Shown here piece by piece: positions 45,880 to 59,884 of a DNA stretch of 64,000 nt. The DNA is taken from the NCBI RefSeq assembly GCF_009914755.1, contig NC_060925.1. One strand, 5' to 3'. This DNA comes from the human T2T-CHM13v2.0 reference genome, Homo sapiens. The notes beneath the pieces are model-generated. The model made no database searches and was not told where the DNA came from. It was given only the letters and a program-made list of their open reading frames with translations. The first letter of the stretch is position 1. Each line of letters opens with the position of its first letter. The position numbers were made by a program, and so were the translations under genes.

Positions 45880-48005
45880 TAAATTCAATCATCACACTCA
45901 ATTATTGTAAGCTTTCCTCCCTGGCATTTGAAATGAAACAAGGATGTATATTATCATCACTCCTATTCAACATTTTATTTGTTCTATAACTAGCCAGGAC
46001 AATAAAGCAAGGGCGAAAAAGACAGGGACAGCATAAGGTTTAGAAAAAAGAAATAAAACTTGCATTATCTGAATACATGAAGAAGAATATAAAGTTAAAT
46101 TTTAGAATCAATAAAGATTTTAGCAAGGAGACTGTACATAGAGCCAAACGTAATTAAATTATATTTATGTATATTAGCAGAACAGATAAAATTGGAGTTA
46201 AAAATACATTAATTACAGTGACAGCAAAATATATCAAATGTTTAAATATGTATAACAGAAGGTATGCAATAACTCTAGTTTAAAAAGTAGAAAAGAGTAG
46301 GAGAGAGATTTAAAAAAAAGATTTAAAATAAATGTCCATGGTTTGGAAATTCAAAATTATAAAGATGTCAATTCCTCCTAAATTGATTTATAGATTAAGT
46401 GCATTTTCAATTAAAATACCAGCAAAGGAGTGTGTGTGCATGTGTGTGTGTTTGTAAATGGACAGATCCTAACATCCATATGAAAACAAAAGGTGATAAA
46501 AATACTCAAAGCAATCCTGAAGAAAGCAAACAAAGTTAAACTCACTTCACATATCAATATCTAAAATAAAGTTGTAGTAATTTGATCAGTGGGATACTGA
46601 CACAACAATAGACTAGTTTACCATGAGAATAGAATAAAAAGTTAAGAAATAGACCCACTTATAAATGTTCACCTGATTTATGACAAAGGTGACACTGTGG
46701 TTCTCTGAAGAATGAATAATCTTTTCAATAAATGGTGCTGAGTCCATTATAAGGCAAAACAAAACGTATATGGATTCCTACCTCGTACATTATGAAAAAT
46801 CAATTAAAGATTGATAGCAGATCAAAATGTGAAAGGTAAATCAATAAAGCTTTTAGAGAGATGAATAGAAGAAAATTTTATAAGGTGAATTGGAAAAAAA
46901 TTCTCAAATTGGACACAAAACGTCTCAATCATAAAAGAAAAAATAAATTAAATGATGTTAAATTAAGAACTGCTTATCTGAAGCCATCTTTCTTTTTGAA
47001 GTCATCTTTAACAACAAAGAATTTCATAGATTGAAAGAAGATATTCACTAAATATAACTGACTAAGGACAAATTTCTGAATACCGCAAATTCTTCAATAC
47101 GTCAATAAGAAAAACATAGTATCCAATAGATATGGGGAAATTTGGACAAACATTTCAGAAAAAAAAGATATACAAATTACCAATAAATACACGGAAATAT
47201 GTTTACCTTCATTATCTATTAAGAAAATTTAAATCAAATAACAATGTGATACCATAAAATACCCAAAAGAATAGTTAAAGTAAAAATGATGGAAAAGGTA
47301 TAGTGTTAGAAAGGAGGTGGAGTTCTTGAGACTTATAAACTACTGGTGGGGGCACAAATTGGTGAAACCACTTCTTAAGTCTGCATGACAGAATCAACCA
47401 AAGTTAAAACTACATATACCTGATAAGAGCAATACCAATTCCAGGTGTATACCTACACAATATGCATTTGCCTTCCAAAGATATGTATTGGAATGTTCAT
47501 TGCAGCACTTAATGATAATTCCTTATAAATAGCAATCACCCAAATGCCTAACATCAGATAAAGTGTATTATATCCACACAATGAAATGCCATCCTACAAA
47601 AATGAAAATGGATGATTTTCAACTACATAGAAAAACATGGGTAAATCTAACAAACATAATGTGGAGCAGAAGAAGTCAGAAAGAAAGGAAGGCACGCAGG
47701 TAAAAGTCATACATATAAAATACAAAAGCATGCAAACATATACACACCAAATAAAATAACACAATCCTAATTGTGTGTCTATGCTGTTAGAAGTCAGAGT
47801 AAGGCATTACTCTCATAGAAGTGGTGACTGAAAGGAAAAGAATTGGGGCTTCTGTGGTGTTGGATGATCTGAGGAATTTGTTTTGTTTTTTTATTTATCT
47901 CAGAGCTGATCAGACCAGGGTGTTTATCTGTGAAAATTTTTCAACATGTACACTCATGACATGTGATGCTTTCTACATGTTTATTAAACTTCAATGAAAA
48001 GGTTT
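45880..48005 (+). mobile_element. Ancient L1ME-type 3' fragment
   Basis: ORF2-like (ttttcaataaatggtgctg) and L1ME 3' end (ctatgctgttagaagtcag). Confidence 0.8.
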
Positions 48006-48583
48006 TAAAAAGAGTATGGTGGGAGAGGTTTTATTTTTCTCACCAACATTCATAATTTTTATTGTATACCATATCTCTCTTTTATGCTATTTTGTTGTTT
48101 CTCTTTGAATAAGAAGGCTTTGTTTTTATTGACAAACAAAATTCCAATCCAAGCTGTGCCCCATTATACACATCTTGTATTATATAACATGAGGGAAGGA
48201 GTACAGCTATTTAATTTCTGATATTTCCATTTCTGGAATAAAAACCAGAAGGTTCAGGTTTAAAATTTCCTAATTTGAACCACCCATAGCAAGAAAAGCA
48301 GGCCCAACATGTGTACCCCAAATCAATCCAGTCACCAGTATTTTCAGCATAGTAAGAACATAATCTTTTATTTTAACGATAAAATGCATTAATTTTTCTA
48401 ATTCTATAGCCTTTAAAAATCTTCTTAAATATTTAAAGCAAAGCCCCATCTTGGAAAACACTATGCATATTTCTTTAATGGAAATTTTATGCTAAATTTC
48501 TCATAACAACCAAGTGAACCTTCTTTGAAAGAAAGGAAAAACTGTTGTATTCAAAAGAGAGAGGCAATATAAACATATCAGTA

Positions 48584-48912
48584 CAGATAGTCCCCAACTT
48601 ATGACAGTTTAATGATTTTTTTAGCTTTATGATGGTACAAAATCATCTAAATACTTTGAATTTTGATCTTTTGCCGTGTTAGTTATATGTAGCACATGAG
48701 ATATTCAACATTTTATTATAAAATCGGCTTTGTGTTAAATAATTTTGACTAACTATAGGCTAATGTAACCATTATGGTAATGTTTAAGGCAGGCTAAGTT
48801 AAACTATGATGTACAGCAGTTTACATGTATTAAATGCATTTTTGATTTACCGTATTTTCAACTTATGATGGGTTTTCCAACATGCAATCCCATTGTAAAT
48901 GCAGGATCCCCT
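48584..48912 (-). mobile_element. MER47-like TcMar-Tigger element
   Basis: cagatagtccccaacttatg...gagatattcaacattttattataaaat...ttttcaacttatgatggg; TA flank. Confidence 0.8.
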
Positions 48913-51389
48913 ATATATGCTGCATTATGAATACTCAGATTAGGATTTTCATAGTGATTTTTATTTAAAATTCTCAGCAGCTCTTGTTCATGGACTACAA
49001 GTGTTCAATGCTTACTGTACTGAAATCTCACTTTTTGTATTTATAAGGAAATTATTGTTCTGATATGTAAACTAGGAGCTTTGTTAGGTTAGATGACAGG
49101 GAATCATTGAGTTGCCTCTCTTTAATAATAAAGACATACCACTATGTTCTTACTTTATAAATGTATCAATATTTTCTATACTTCATATTACATTTTAAAC
49201 ACATATACTTCTTTACATATACACACATAAATATATACACACCAAATGAAATAACACAATCCTAATTGTCTTAACATGTTTTTTTTTTAACACAGATTCA
49301 CCCAAATTTCTAACTCATATTATATTACTTGTAATTACAAAACTGTGTGTGATAGTTCACATATGAGTATAGAAACTTGGGATGCTTCAGACACAAGAGG
49401 AATTGACACCTTCTTGGAGGCTCTTTTCCAGGGACTTTATTGTGTCATAAGAAAGACTGGTTGCAGGACAAGTGTCTGGAGAAAGCATTATTTGTAATGC
49501 AAGTCTGGGAGAAGAGAATAATAGCCAATGTGGAAAAGACATAAATCACCATCTGGTTCCTCCTTTCAGATTCCTCATGGAAAAAAAGACTAAAGCTTCC
49601 AGAGGAACGGCAACAAAAACGATCATCCTTGGACCATAGATAAAAACCCATTAAGGCTAAAGGAAGAGAACCTGAAAAACACCCTCTACTCCTGAGATAA
49701 GGGCAGAAATACATTTTGAGCCCACGTCGTAAGAGTTTCCTACAGCTTGATGAGGGACAGGATCACTGAAAAGTCCCCATTCCTGAGAACCAGGTATGTA
49801 ACACCTGCCTAACACAGGCTGAACCAGAACAGCTGAGATTTTCTCCACCATTCACTACTACCAGCCTAACAAGCGTCATGCAATGAGTAATAGCCATTTA
49901 ATCTGGAAAAAATATCAAAGGAGAAGAGACTGCCACTGAAGTATAGGTGCAATGGGAAGACCCAAAGCTAAAGGTAGAATAAGCAATGTAAAATTTCCTG
50001 GAAGATAAGTTGTCTACCTAAACACAAGGAAATTCAGGAGGCAGTTGTCACCTGTAGTGCACTAAAGGCAGTCATACCAACAACAAACCAAGCCTAGAAA
50101 ACCTAGTTCAATTTCTAATTAACTTTACTCAGTCTCAGACACTAAAGACTTAGAAAAAAGACATGTGCATTTCTAGGAATAAATGTTATTTGTCTCAGTT
50201 TCTGCTAGTCTAATAAGATGTCTGACTTTTATTCAAATTTTAAAAGACATAAAGCAGCAAGAAAAACAAGGCATGTTCCAAATGAGACAAAGCAATCAAC
50301 AGAACCAGATTTAGAGATGAGAAAGCTTCGGGAGCTACCAGGCGTGGAATTTAAAATAGATATAGTTAATAAATTGAAGCTTTCAGAGGAAATGGTAAGC
50401 AGCATACATTATCAGATGGTCAACTACAAGAAAGGATATAATGGTAATGCTACAGATGAAATACAGTAACAGAAGTGAAGGATGTCTCTGATGGTCTTCT
50501 CAGTAGGTGACACAAACAAGAAAAGAAGCACTGAATTGGAGATACATCAATAGAAATTTCACAAATAGCAAAAGAAAAGTTAGATTGGAAAACAAAAATA
50601 AAAACCAAACAAACAAAATATCTAGGACAATACAGAGCAGTCAAGGACTGTGGGGCAATATGAGTCTAATGCAAATGGATCAATTGAAGGAGAAGAGTGA
50701 AAGAATGGGGCAAAAGAAATATTCAAAAATGAGAATGTACAATAAGTTTGTGAAATTAATAAAAAATAAAAGCACAGTTTCAATAAGCTTGGAGGACACC
50801 ATGTAGGACAAACAAAAACAAACAGAAAAACAAAAGCAGTATATATCTTATCAAATAGCTACAAATGTAAGACAAAATCTCGAAGGCAGCCACAAACACA
50901 ACACATTACATACAAGGGAACAAAGGTAAGATTCACATCTGAATTTTTGTCGGAAACTATGAAAGTGAAAATGCAGAAGAGTAACATCTTGATATCATAA
51001 AAATAAATTAAAAATTGTCAACTCAAAATTCTAGACCTGTGAACATAACTTTCAAAAATGAAACAGAATAAAACATTTTATTCCATACATGGAGAAGCAG
51101 AGTTCTTTACCTGCAAATCTAAATACAAGAAATTTTAATGGAAGTTCTTCAGACATAAAAAATGTAATATCAGGCAAAACCCTGTATCTACACAAAGAAA
51201 TGAAGAATATTAAAAATAGAATAATAAAGATAAATATATAATATTTTCTTCTTGTAATTGCTCCAGTAAATGACTGCTTAGAATGAAAATTACAGCAATG
51301 TACCATGCATTTATGGCATACCTAGGAGCTACATGCATAATAAAATTGCACAAAAAATAGAATAGAGAAATTGGGAAGATACTGTGGTA

Positions 51390-51820
51390 AAACACTTTCT
51401 CAAAAGAAACATGCAAATGGCTTAGAAACAAGTTTATGAAGAAATGCTCGACATCACTAATCATCAGATAAGTGCACATTAAAATCACAATGAGATACCA
51501 TATCACACTAGTTAAAATAGTTTGTATCAAAAAGATAGGCAATAACAGATGCTGGCGAAGATGTGGGGAAAGGGGAAGCCAGACACAGAAAGACAAATAT
51601 CGTATATTCTCACTCCTATGTGAAAGCTGAAAAAAGTGGATTTCATGAAAATAGACAGTAGGTTGGTGATTACCGGAGTCTAGGAAGGGGAGGAGGAAGG
51701 GGGAGATGAAAGGAAAAACAGAATATAAATGTATTTATTACCACTGAACTGCAAATTTTCAAATGCTGAAGATGGTAAGTTTTATATATAGATTTTACCA
51801 CAATGAAAAAATTAGAAAGT
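51390..51820 (+). mobile_element. L1MA/L1MB-type 3' fragment with internal deletion
   Basis: ttctcaaaagaa...aatgagatacca...aagccagacacagaaagacaaatatc. Confidence 0.7.
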
Positions 51821-51875
51821 TAAATCATAAAATATTTAATCAAATGATAATTAATATACTATATATAAAAATTTG

Positions 51876-52188
51876 GGTCTGGGAGCAGTAGCTCATGCCT
51901 GTAATTCCAGTGCTTGGGAAGCTGAGGTGGAAGGAAGCTTGAGGCCAGGAGTTTAAGACCAGCCTGGGCAACATAGTAAGACCTGTCTCTACAAAAAAAT
52001 TAAATAAAAAAAAATTAGTCATGGTGGCATGCACCTGTAGTCCTATCTACTTGGGAGGCTGAGGCAGGAGGATCCCTTGAGCACAAGAGTTTGAGGATAG
52101 AGTGAGCTGTGGTTATGTCACTGCAATTCAGCCTGGACAATAGAGCGAGGCCCTTTCTCTATAAAAAACAAAATGAAATAAAATAAAA
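51876..52188 (+). mobile_element. AluJ (Jo/Jr-like)
   Basis: cttgaggccaggagtttaagaccagcctgggcaacatag; diverged dimer with A-rich tail. Confidence 0.92.
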
Positions 52189-52284
52189 TCCAGGGTTGCT
52201 ACGAAAGCAATGTTAACAAAAAACATTTATGTTGACACAACCAAGTGTTGATTAATGAGGGGGATATATTCTGAGAAATGCACC

Positions 52285-52648
52285 TGTATTAGCCTGTACT
52301 CACACTGCTAATGAAGACATATTTGAGACTCAGTAATTTATAAAGGAAAGAGGTTTACTGGACTCACAGTTCCACATGTCTGGGGAGGCCTCACAATCAT
52401 GGTGGAAGGAGAAGGAGGAGCAAAAGCATGACTTACATGGTGGCAGGCAAGAGAGCATGTGCAGGGGAACTGCCCTTTATAAAACCATCAGATTTTCTGA
52501 GACTTATTCACAATCATGAGAACAGCACAGGAAAAACCCACGCCCATTATTCGATTACCTCCCACTGGGACCCTCCCACGACACATGGGGATTATGGGAG
52601 CTACAGTTGAAGATAAGGTTTGGGTGGCGACACAGCCAAACTATATCA
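52285..52648 (-). mobile_element. THE1B/C solo LTR nested in the Tigger3
   Basis: tgtattag...cagccaaactatatca; similar to 39075-39436. Confidence 0.92.
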
Positions 52649-53479
52649 ACATCATTAGGTGATTTTGTCATTGTGCAAACATCATAGAATTTACTTAAGC
52701 TTGGTGGCTACCTGGTATAGCCTATTCTTAGGTTACAAACCTGTACTCCATGTACTGTACTGAATACTGTAGATAATTATAATACGATGGTATTATTTGT
52801 GTATCTAAACACATCTAAGCACGTAAAATGATACAGTCAAAATATGGAATAAAAGATAAAAAATGGTACACTTATATAGGGCATTTTTCGTGAATGGAGC
52901 TATCAGGATTGGAAATTGCTCTGGGTGAGTCAAGTGACTAAGTAGTGAGTGAATGTGGAGGCCTAGGACATTACTGCACACTACTATGGACTTTTAAAAC
53001 ACTGTATGCTTAGGCTATACTAAATTTATTTATAAATGTCTAATTTCTTCAGTAATTAGCTTTAGCTTATTGCAACTTTTTTATTTTATAAACTTTTAAT
53101 TTTGAAATTTTTGATTCTTTTGCAATAACACTTAGAATACACATTGTACAAACACATTGCTTTTTTATATCTTCATTTCCTAAGCTTTTTCTGTTTTTGA
53201 AATTTTATTTTTTTTTTACTTTTTAAACTTCTTTGTCCTAAACTAAGACATAAACATATACATTAGCCTAGGCCTACACGGGTTCAGGGTCATCAATTTC
53301 ACTTTCTACCTCCACTTCTTATCTCACTAGAAAGTCCTCAGGGGCAATAACATACATGGAGTTGTCATCTTCTATGACAACAATGCCTTCTAAAATACTT
53401 CCTGAAATGCCTGCTTGTGACTGTTTTATGATTAAATTTTTTATGTGCAGAAGCAGTACACTCCAAAATAATGATTAAA

Positions 53480-53543
53480 AGTATAGTATAGTATAGTATA
53501 GTATAGTATAGTATAGTATAGTATAGTATAGTATAGTATAGTA
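53480..53543. repeat. (AGTAT)12-13 pentanucleotide microsatellite
   Basis: Directly visible. Confidence 0.98.
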
Positions 53544-55099
53544 AATACATAAACTGGTAACATAGTAGTTTATCAAGTATTATGTACTATGTATATGCTA
53601 TACTGTTACAGGACTAGCAGCCCAGTAGGTCTGCTTACACCAGCATCACCACAAACACATGAGGAATACATTGTGCTGTGATGTTACAACAGATATGACA
53701 TCACTAATCAATGGGAATTTTTTAGTTTTATTATAATCTTTGGGACCACTGATGTATTATATCCAATCTGCTGTTGACCACAAACATCATTATGTGGCAC
53801 AGGACTGTATTCAAAAAGAAGGCAGATAACAAATAAAATAGCTGAGGTTTAGAAACAAGAAAAAAAGAGCAATTCAATCCAAAGCAAACAGAAGGTAAAA
53901 AATTACAATAATCAGAAATTAGAGAAATTAAGAACAAAAAAATAAAATTAACCAAGTGAAAAGTTGGTTCTTCGTGAAGATCAATAAGATTGATGAAATT
54001 CTAGCTAGACTGAACAAAATTAAAAGGAGGTATGTGGGTGGGAGAAAGGGGACAGGGGAGGAGACACAAATTCCAAATTTCAGAAAAGAAAAAGGGGACA
54101 TCACTTCATCACACAGACCCTACGAAAAGCAAAATGGATGATGGAATTCTACAGCAACTTTACACCCACAAAATTGACAGTTTATATAAAACAGACAAAT
54201 TTCTTGAAAAATGCAAACTGCTAAATCTCAGTTTAGAAGAAATAGACAATCTAACTATTTTTGTATCTATTAAAAACATTGTATTTACAATTGGAAACAC
54301 TACAAAAATAAAATTTTCTGATCCAAGTGAATTGTAGCAAATATTTAAGGATAAAATTCCAACTGTATACAAATTCTCCCAGAATATAAAGAGGAGTTAA
54401 TACTTCTCAACTCATTTTATGGGGCCAGCATTACTCCAATACCTAAACCAAAGGCATTAAAGACAAAGATGTTAAAGACAAAAATGTTAAAGACAAACAG
54501 AAGTCACATATCTCTCATGTACATGAGGAAAAAAAATCACAAAGAAAATATTAGCAAATTGAATACAACAATCTTTAAAAAGAATAAAACATTATGACTG
54601 CATAAGGTTTACCCCAGGAATGCAAGATTCATTTAACTTAGTAATCAGGATAATTCACCATATGAACAAACAAAAGATGAAAAAAATCATGTAATCATTT
54701 CAACGTAGGCAATTAGGAAAAAGCACTAGATAAATTTCAGCACACATACATAATAAAAAGTCTAAGTGAACTAGGAGGAGAAGCAAACATCTCCAAATCA
54801 ATAAAGGTGATCTATAAAACAATGTACAAGCTGACATCATACTTAATGCTCAGTGACCCAAGATCAAAAACAAAGCAAGAATATTTGCTGTACCATTCTT
54901 ATTCAACATCACATCAGAGGCTGTATGAGTTCAAGAAACCAGTAAAAATAACTAGAATGCATATAAATTAGAATGGAAGACTGCCTATGTAGAAATTTCT
55001 AGGGAGTCTACAAAAATAAATGAATGAAATGTACATTAGAGCTAGTAGTGGGTTTAGCAAGGCTACAGCATATAAGGTCAATACACAAAATAAATATAT

Positions 55100-55554
55100 T
55101 TCTTATTTTTTATTTGCATAAATGTAATGGGTACAAGTGAAGTTTTTTTTTACATGGTTATATTGTGTAGTGGCGAAGTCTGGGCTTTTAGTGCAACCAT
55201 CATCTAAATAACGTACATTGTACCGTTGAGTAACTCCTAATCCCTCACCCCCTATCCCCCCAACCTCCTGAGTCTCCAATGTCTATTATTCCACACTCTA
55301 TGTCCATGCATACACATTATTTAGCTACCACTTACAAGTAAGAATATGTGATATTTGATTTTCTGTTTCTGAGTTGTTCCACTTTAGGTAATAACTTCCA
55401 GTCCCATTCATGTTGCTGCAAAAGACACAATTTCATTCTTTTTTATGGCTGAATAGTATAGGAATATATTTTATATATAGCACATTTTCTTCATCTAGTC
55501 ATTCTCTCATAGACACGGGTTGATTCCATATTTGTTATTGTGAATAGTGCTGTG
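55100..55554 (-). mobile_element. L1PB4-like 3' fragment
   Basis: tagtggcgaagtctgggcttttagtg...ccacactctatgtccatg motifs. Confidence 0.8.
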
Positions 55555-58500
55555 TAAAATAAATGATCAATTGAAAATTCAAATTTAAAAGTACCATTTA
55601 CAATAGGAACAAAATACAGGAAATACTGATGCATAAGACTAATAAAATATATGTCTGATCTATCTGCTGATTAAGCAAAATACTGATTAAATAAATAAGA
55701 AAGACCTAATGGAGGGATTTACTATATTTATGGATTAGAAGACTTGATATATTTAATATGTGAGTTATTAAACTGTTCTATAGATTTGGCACAATTCCAA
55801 TCCAAATTTGAACAGGTTTTTTGCATAGAAATTGATAAGCTGTTCTGAATTATATACGAAAACACAGAGGACCTAGAAAAACAAAACATAAGAACAAAGT
55901 TGGAGGACTCATACTACTAAAAATTTGGACCTGTTATAAGGTTACAGAAATCAGGACAGTATTTTATTGGAGAAAGGATAAACCCATAGATCAATGGAAC
56001 AGAATTGAGAGCCTAAAAATGAAGCCACACATGTATGGTCAATTTTTTGACAAAGTTACAACAGCAATTCAATGGAGAAAGGGTAGTCTTCAGTGAAAAA
56101 TGATAAAAAAGTATGCGTTCATATACAACAAAGTACTCATTGTTCCTACCTCACGTCATATACAAAACTTAACTCAAAGTCTATCACTGACCTAAACACA
56201 ATACATAAAACTGTAAAACATCTAGAAGAAGACAAAGAAGAATACATTTATGAGCCCAGTTAAGGTGAGATCTTCTTGGATACACCACCAAAATAATGAA
56301 TCAAAACAAAAAATATGAATAAGTTGGACTTTGTAAAAATTAAGAACATTTGCTCTTTGAAAGACAATATTGAAAGAATTAAAAGTGACAGACTAGGAGA
56401 AAATAAGTTCAAAGCACATATAAAACAAATCACATATCTAGAATATATAAGCGTCTTCTAAAATTTAATAAGAAAGCTAACAACTAAAAAATAAATAAGT
56501 AAATAAAAATTTGAACTCACCCACAAAAGAATGGCAAATCAGGACATGAAAAGATGCTCAACACCATTAGCCATTAGGGAAGTGCAAATTAACATTGCAA
56601 CTAGATACCACAACACACCTATTTGAGATCACCAAGAGCTCACAAGAGGTAGAACAATTTGAATTCTCACATATTATTTGTATGAAATGACAAATTGTAC
56701 AGCCACTGTGGAAACAGTTTGACATTTTCTTATAAAATTAAACTTACCCTTACTATGTGACTCAACAGTCATACTCGTAGGTATTCACTCAAGTAAAGAA
56801 AAACCTATGTTCCCACAAAAACCTTTGTGTGAATATTTAGAGCAGATTTATTCAGAATTATTCCAACCTAGAACAAGCTAAATGTCTCTCAGTTGAGGAA
56901 TAGATGAACAAACCACAGTACATCTAGAAAATGGAATTCTACTGAGCTGTAAAAAGGAACAAACTACTGATAAACCCAACAATATAGGTGATTCTGAAGT
57001 GCATTATGCAATTTGCAAGAAGTAAGACTCCAAATGCTACATACTAAATAATTTCCTTTATAATACTATCTGGAAGAGGCTAAACCGTAGGGACAGATTA
57101 TAGATTAGTGTTGCCCAGGGGCTAAGGATTAGATAGGAGGTTGACTACAAAGTGACTCAGGGAAAATTTTGTGGTGCAATGGAAATATTCTATATCTTTA
57201 TCTTGGTGATAGTGACACAAGCATATGCATTTGTCAAAACTTGCACAAGTGGACATTAAAAAAGGTTATTTTCCTATGTTTAAACTATATTTTAATTTTT
57301 TTACATGGGGGATAAAGCCTTCCACTCAACAAGCCATTTCCTGACATATCACCATTTCAATTACTCTCCCACAAAAAATAGCTTAATCAAATTAAGAGTA
57401 AAACACTTTGGGGGTATAAATCAAATCTAGGATATTTTTCATCTATTTCTTTGCTAAGTGAGATATTTTCTAAGTATAAAGCTTGGGTTTTTTTCAATAA
57501 AATATATTAGATGAAGTCAGTATAAATAAAAATAAGGAAATGCTGTTATAGAGTAAAAACTTCAATAATATATCATGTAATTGGAGTATCTTACAAGTAC
57601 AAATAATGTTCCCTCACTACATGTTTGCATTCATGTAACTGTTTCACAAGAATGAAAGCAAAGGGCTTATTTTTAACTTGCTAAATATATCCACTTTTTC
57701 AGTGACACTATGACAATTAAAAGTGTATTAAAATCCCATGACTGTAGCCTTTACAAAAATTACAATAAACATACTGAAATTTTGCATAGTTATGTATTTA
57801 TCTGACCATAATTTGGATCAGCTGTATTACTATAGATAATACAGAAACAAGAAAGGAAAACATCTCTGGTTTCTTTTTCTAAGAATGAAATTTTATAAAT
57901 TAAAGTGTTATGTTTCAATTAGAGAATAAATTGCACATTATAATCCAAGATATTGGAAGATTAGGATGAAAAAGAAAAAAAGTAATAATAAAATACAACT
58001 GAGAACTTTTAAGCCATGAATATTTTCAAATTCCTCAAAGAGGTATAGAAAAGATGATGCCTTTAAATAAAAGCTTTCATTATTAAAAAAAAAAAAAAAC
58101 ACTGGGAGCGGTTGGAAGACGCCGCACACATCTTACTTAACGATCCTTTAGGAACTAACATATTTGTATCTCCTTTTTGGTTTCTCTACCTGATTCATCA
58201 GTACATGGTTGGCTATGTATTGTAGCTATCTTTTTACATCAGCTATTCAAAACACTTTGCTTGTCACAAATTCACCAGATAATTGGTCTTTCTGCCTTAA
58301 TTGATTTGAAATACATGTCATTTAAAAATTAAAGGACAATGGACTCAATTTTCTAATGACAAAAAAGAATACGTTTTCAAAGGTTGAGTTGATGGGGTTT
58401 TGACTAGACAAATGAGCTATTAAAGTCCTTTAAACAATTCATTAGTCGCTAACGGTTTTAGGGACATCTGTTGATGACACTGAAATTGATCAATTTTAGG

Positions 58501-59144
58501 TGCAACTTTACTGTTGGGAAATTCAACCACCAAATCATTCAGAAATTTAAATGAGGTTAATGCTTGCATGTCTACCTCTTTGTAGAACACAACTCCTGAT
58601 TTTTCGTCTCTACACCGGAAGAACAAAACGGTAAGGCAAAGAGAAGAAAATATGTAATCTTTCATTTTAATTGAAGCTTTGAATTTGCAAATTTTAACAT
58701 GTACAAGTTAATTTTGCAAAATTTTTCTGTAAAGACTGTATATAGACACTTTTTTTATAATGCATTGCTATAACACATAAAGGGGAAAATATAAGAATTC
58801 TATCCTTCTAAACCTATGGGTAAAAATAACGCATGTTTCATTTCTTATCTAAATGACATTAATTTAGACTGAGTCCCCATCCCATAGTGCTGGAGAAAAT
58901 TTAGCCTTAGCCATTTTAAAAGTGCCCATCCTCTAGTGAAGGCAAAGCACTTGGGCCACATCCAAAGCCAACATACTGGGGAAGCCCTCTCTTCATCTGT
59001 CATCCATTCTCTATACTGTCTGGGTTTCATGAATATTATTATCCCAGTTGATACATTCCCTTCAGGTCTGATAGCAATGAATTTATCATGCCACACTACT
59101 AGGGCTCTTCTCCCTGAAGCTTTGCTGTCTCCTTGACAAGTTGC

Positions 59145-59395
59145 TAGGAAGTAAAATTCTGGAGTCAGCCAGACCTGGGTTTGACCCTTCGCTCTGCTGC
59201 TTATTAGTGGCCAGACCTTGTGCAAGTGGCTTAATCATTCTGAGCCTCAATTTCTTCAGCTCTAATATAGATAATAAAGAAAATTACCAGACTGACTGAG
59301 CCCTGAATAAGATAATGTTGTGACACTAAAATAAGATAATGTATACAAATGACCTAACATGCCATCAAGCACATTGATATGAATTTTAGCTATTT
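59145..59395 (+). mobile_element. MIR
   Basis: ctggagtcagccagacctgggtttga...ctgagcctcaatttcttca...aagataatgta. Confidence 0.8.
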
Positions 59396-59415
59396 GGTAG
59401 CGCCATGTATATTTG

Positions 59416-59884
59416 CTGACAAATACTCTCTCCTTGATCAGACCTTAGTCAGACTCCTCCAAGCCCTCTTCTCAACTACGTTTCAATCTTGGGCTTTACT
59501 GTGCATCCTTATCTGGCCTTCATTGCCCAATTTCAGTAAGAATTCTGCCAAGTCAGTTTAGAGAGAATTCCCCACTTCTGATATGTGATCCTCTCAATAT
59601 CTAATGAAATTCCACATCCCTTACCCTCAATATCTGATCACCCTGACCTGCCTTCAGCAAATATTCCACCCTCATCTCCCATGTTCCCTCTTAATCATTT
59701 TCCATCCACCACTTCTACCACTACCACAAACTTGCTCCTTTGTTATTTATCCCCACTTTTCCTTGTTGAATTTGGAATTGAGCCCAATTCTATATTGAGA
59801 TATCTCTTCCTCTACTGCAATAACTCCTGAATAAAATATATTTTTACTGTTTTAACTACTATGCAGCTCCTGCTTTTCTTAACA
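59416..59884 (+). mobile_element. MER31-like ERV1 solo LTR
   Basis: tgacaaatactctctccttgatcagaccttagtcagactcctc...gaattgagcccaat...aataaa...ttaaca. Confidence 0.75.

Larger units (their letters stand above)
52238..53807. mobile_element. Tigger3/MER7-type DNA transposon
   Basis: ttctgagaaatgc...attaggtgattttgtcattgtgcaaacatcatag...tgggaccact...ttatgtggcacaggactg. Confidence 0.88.
49440..57300 (+). mobile_element. Ancient L1MC/L1MD-type LINE-1 interrupted by nested elements
   Basis: ORF1-like 50250-51200, ORF2-like 53810-55095 and 55560-56900, L1M 3' end to ~57300. Confidence 0.8.

Noticed and set aside
53365-53550. YYTIL-repeat peptide ORF
   Set aside because: Translation of the (AGTAT)n microsatellite
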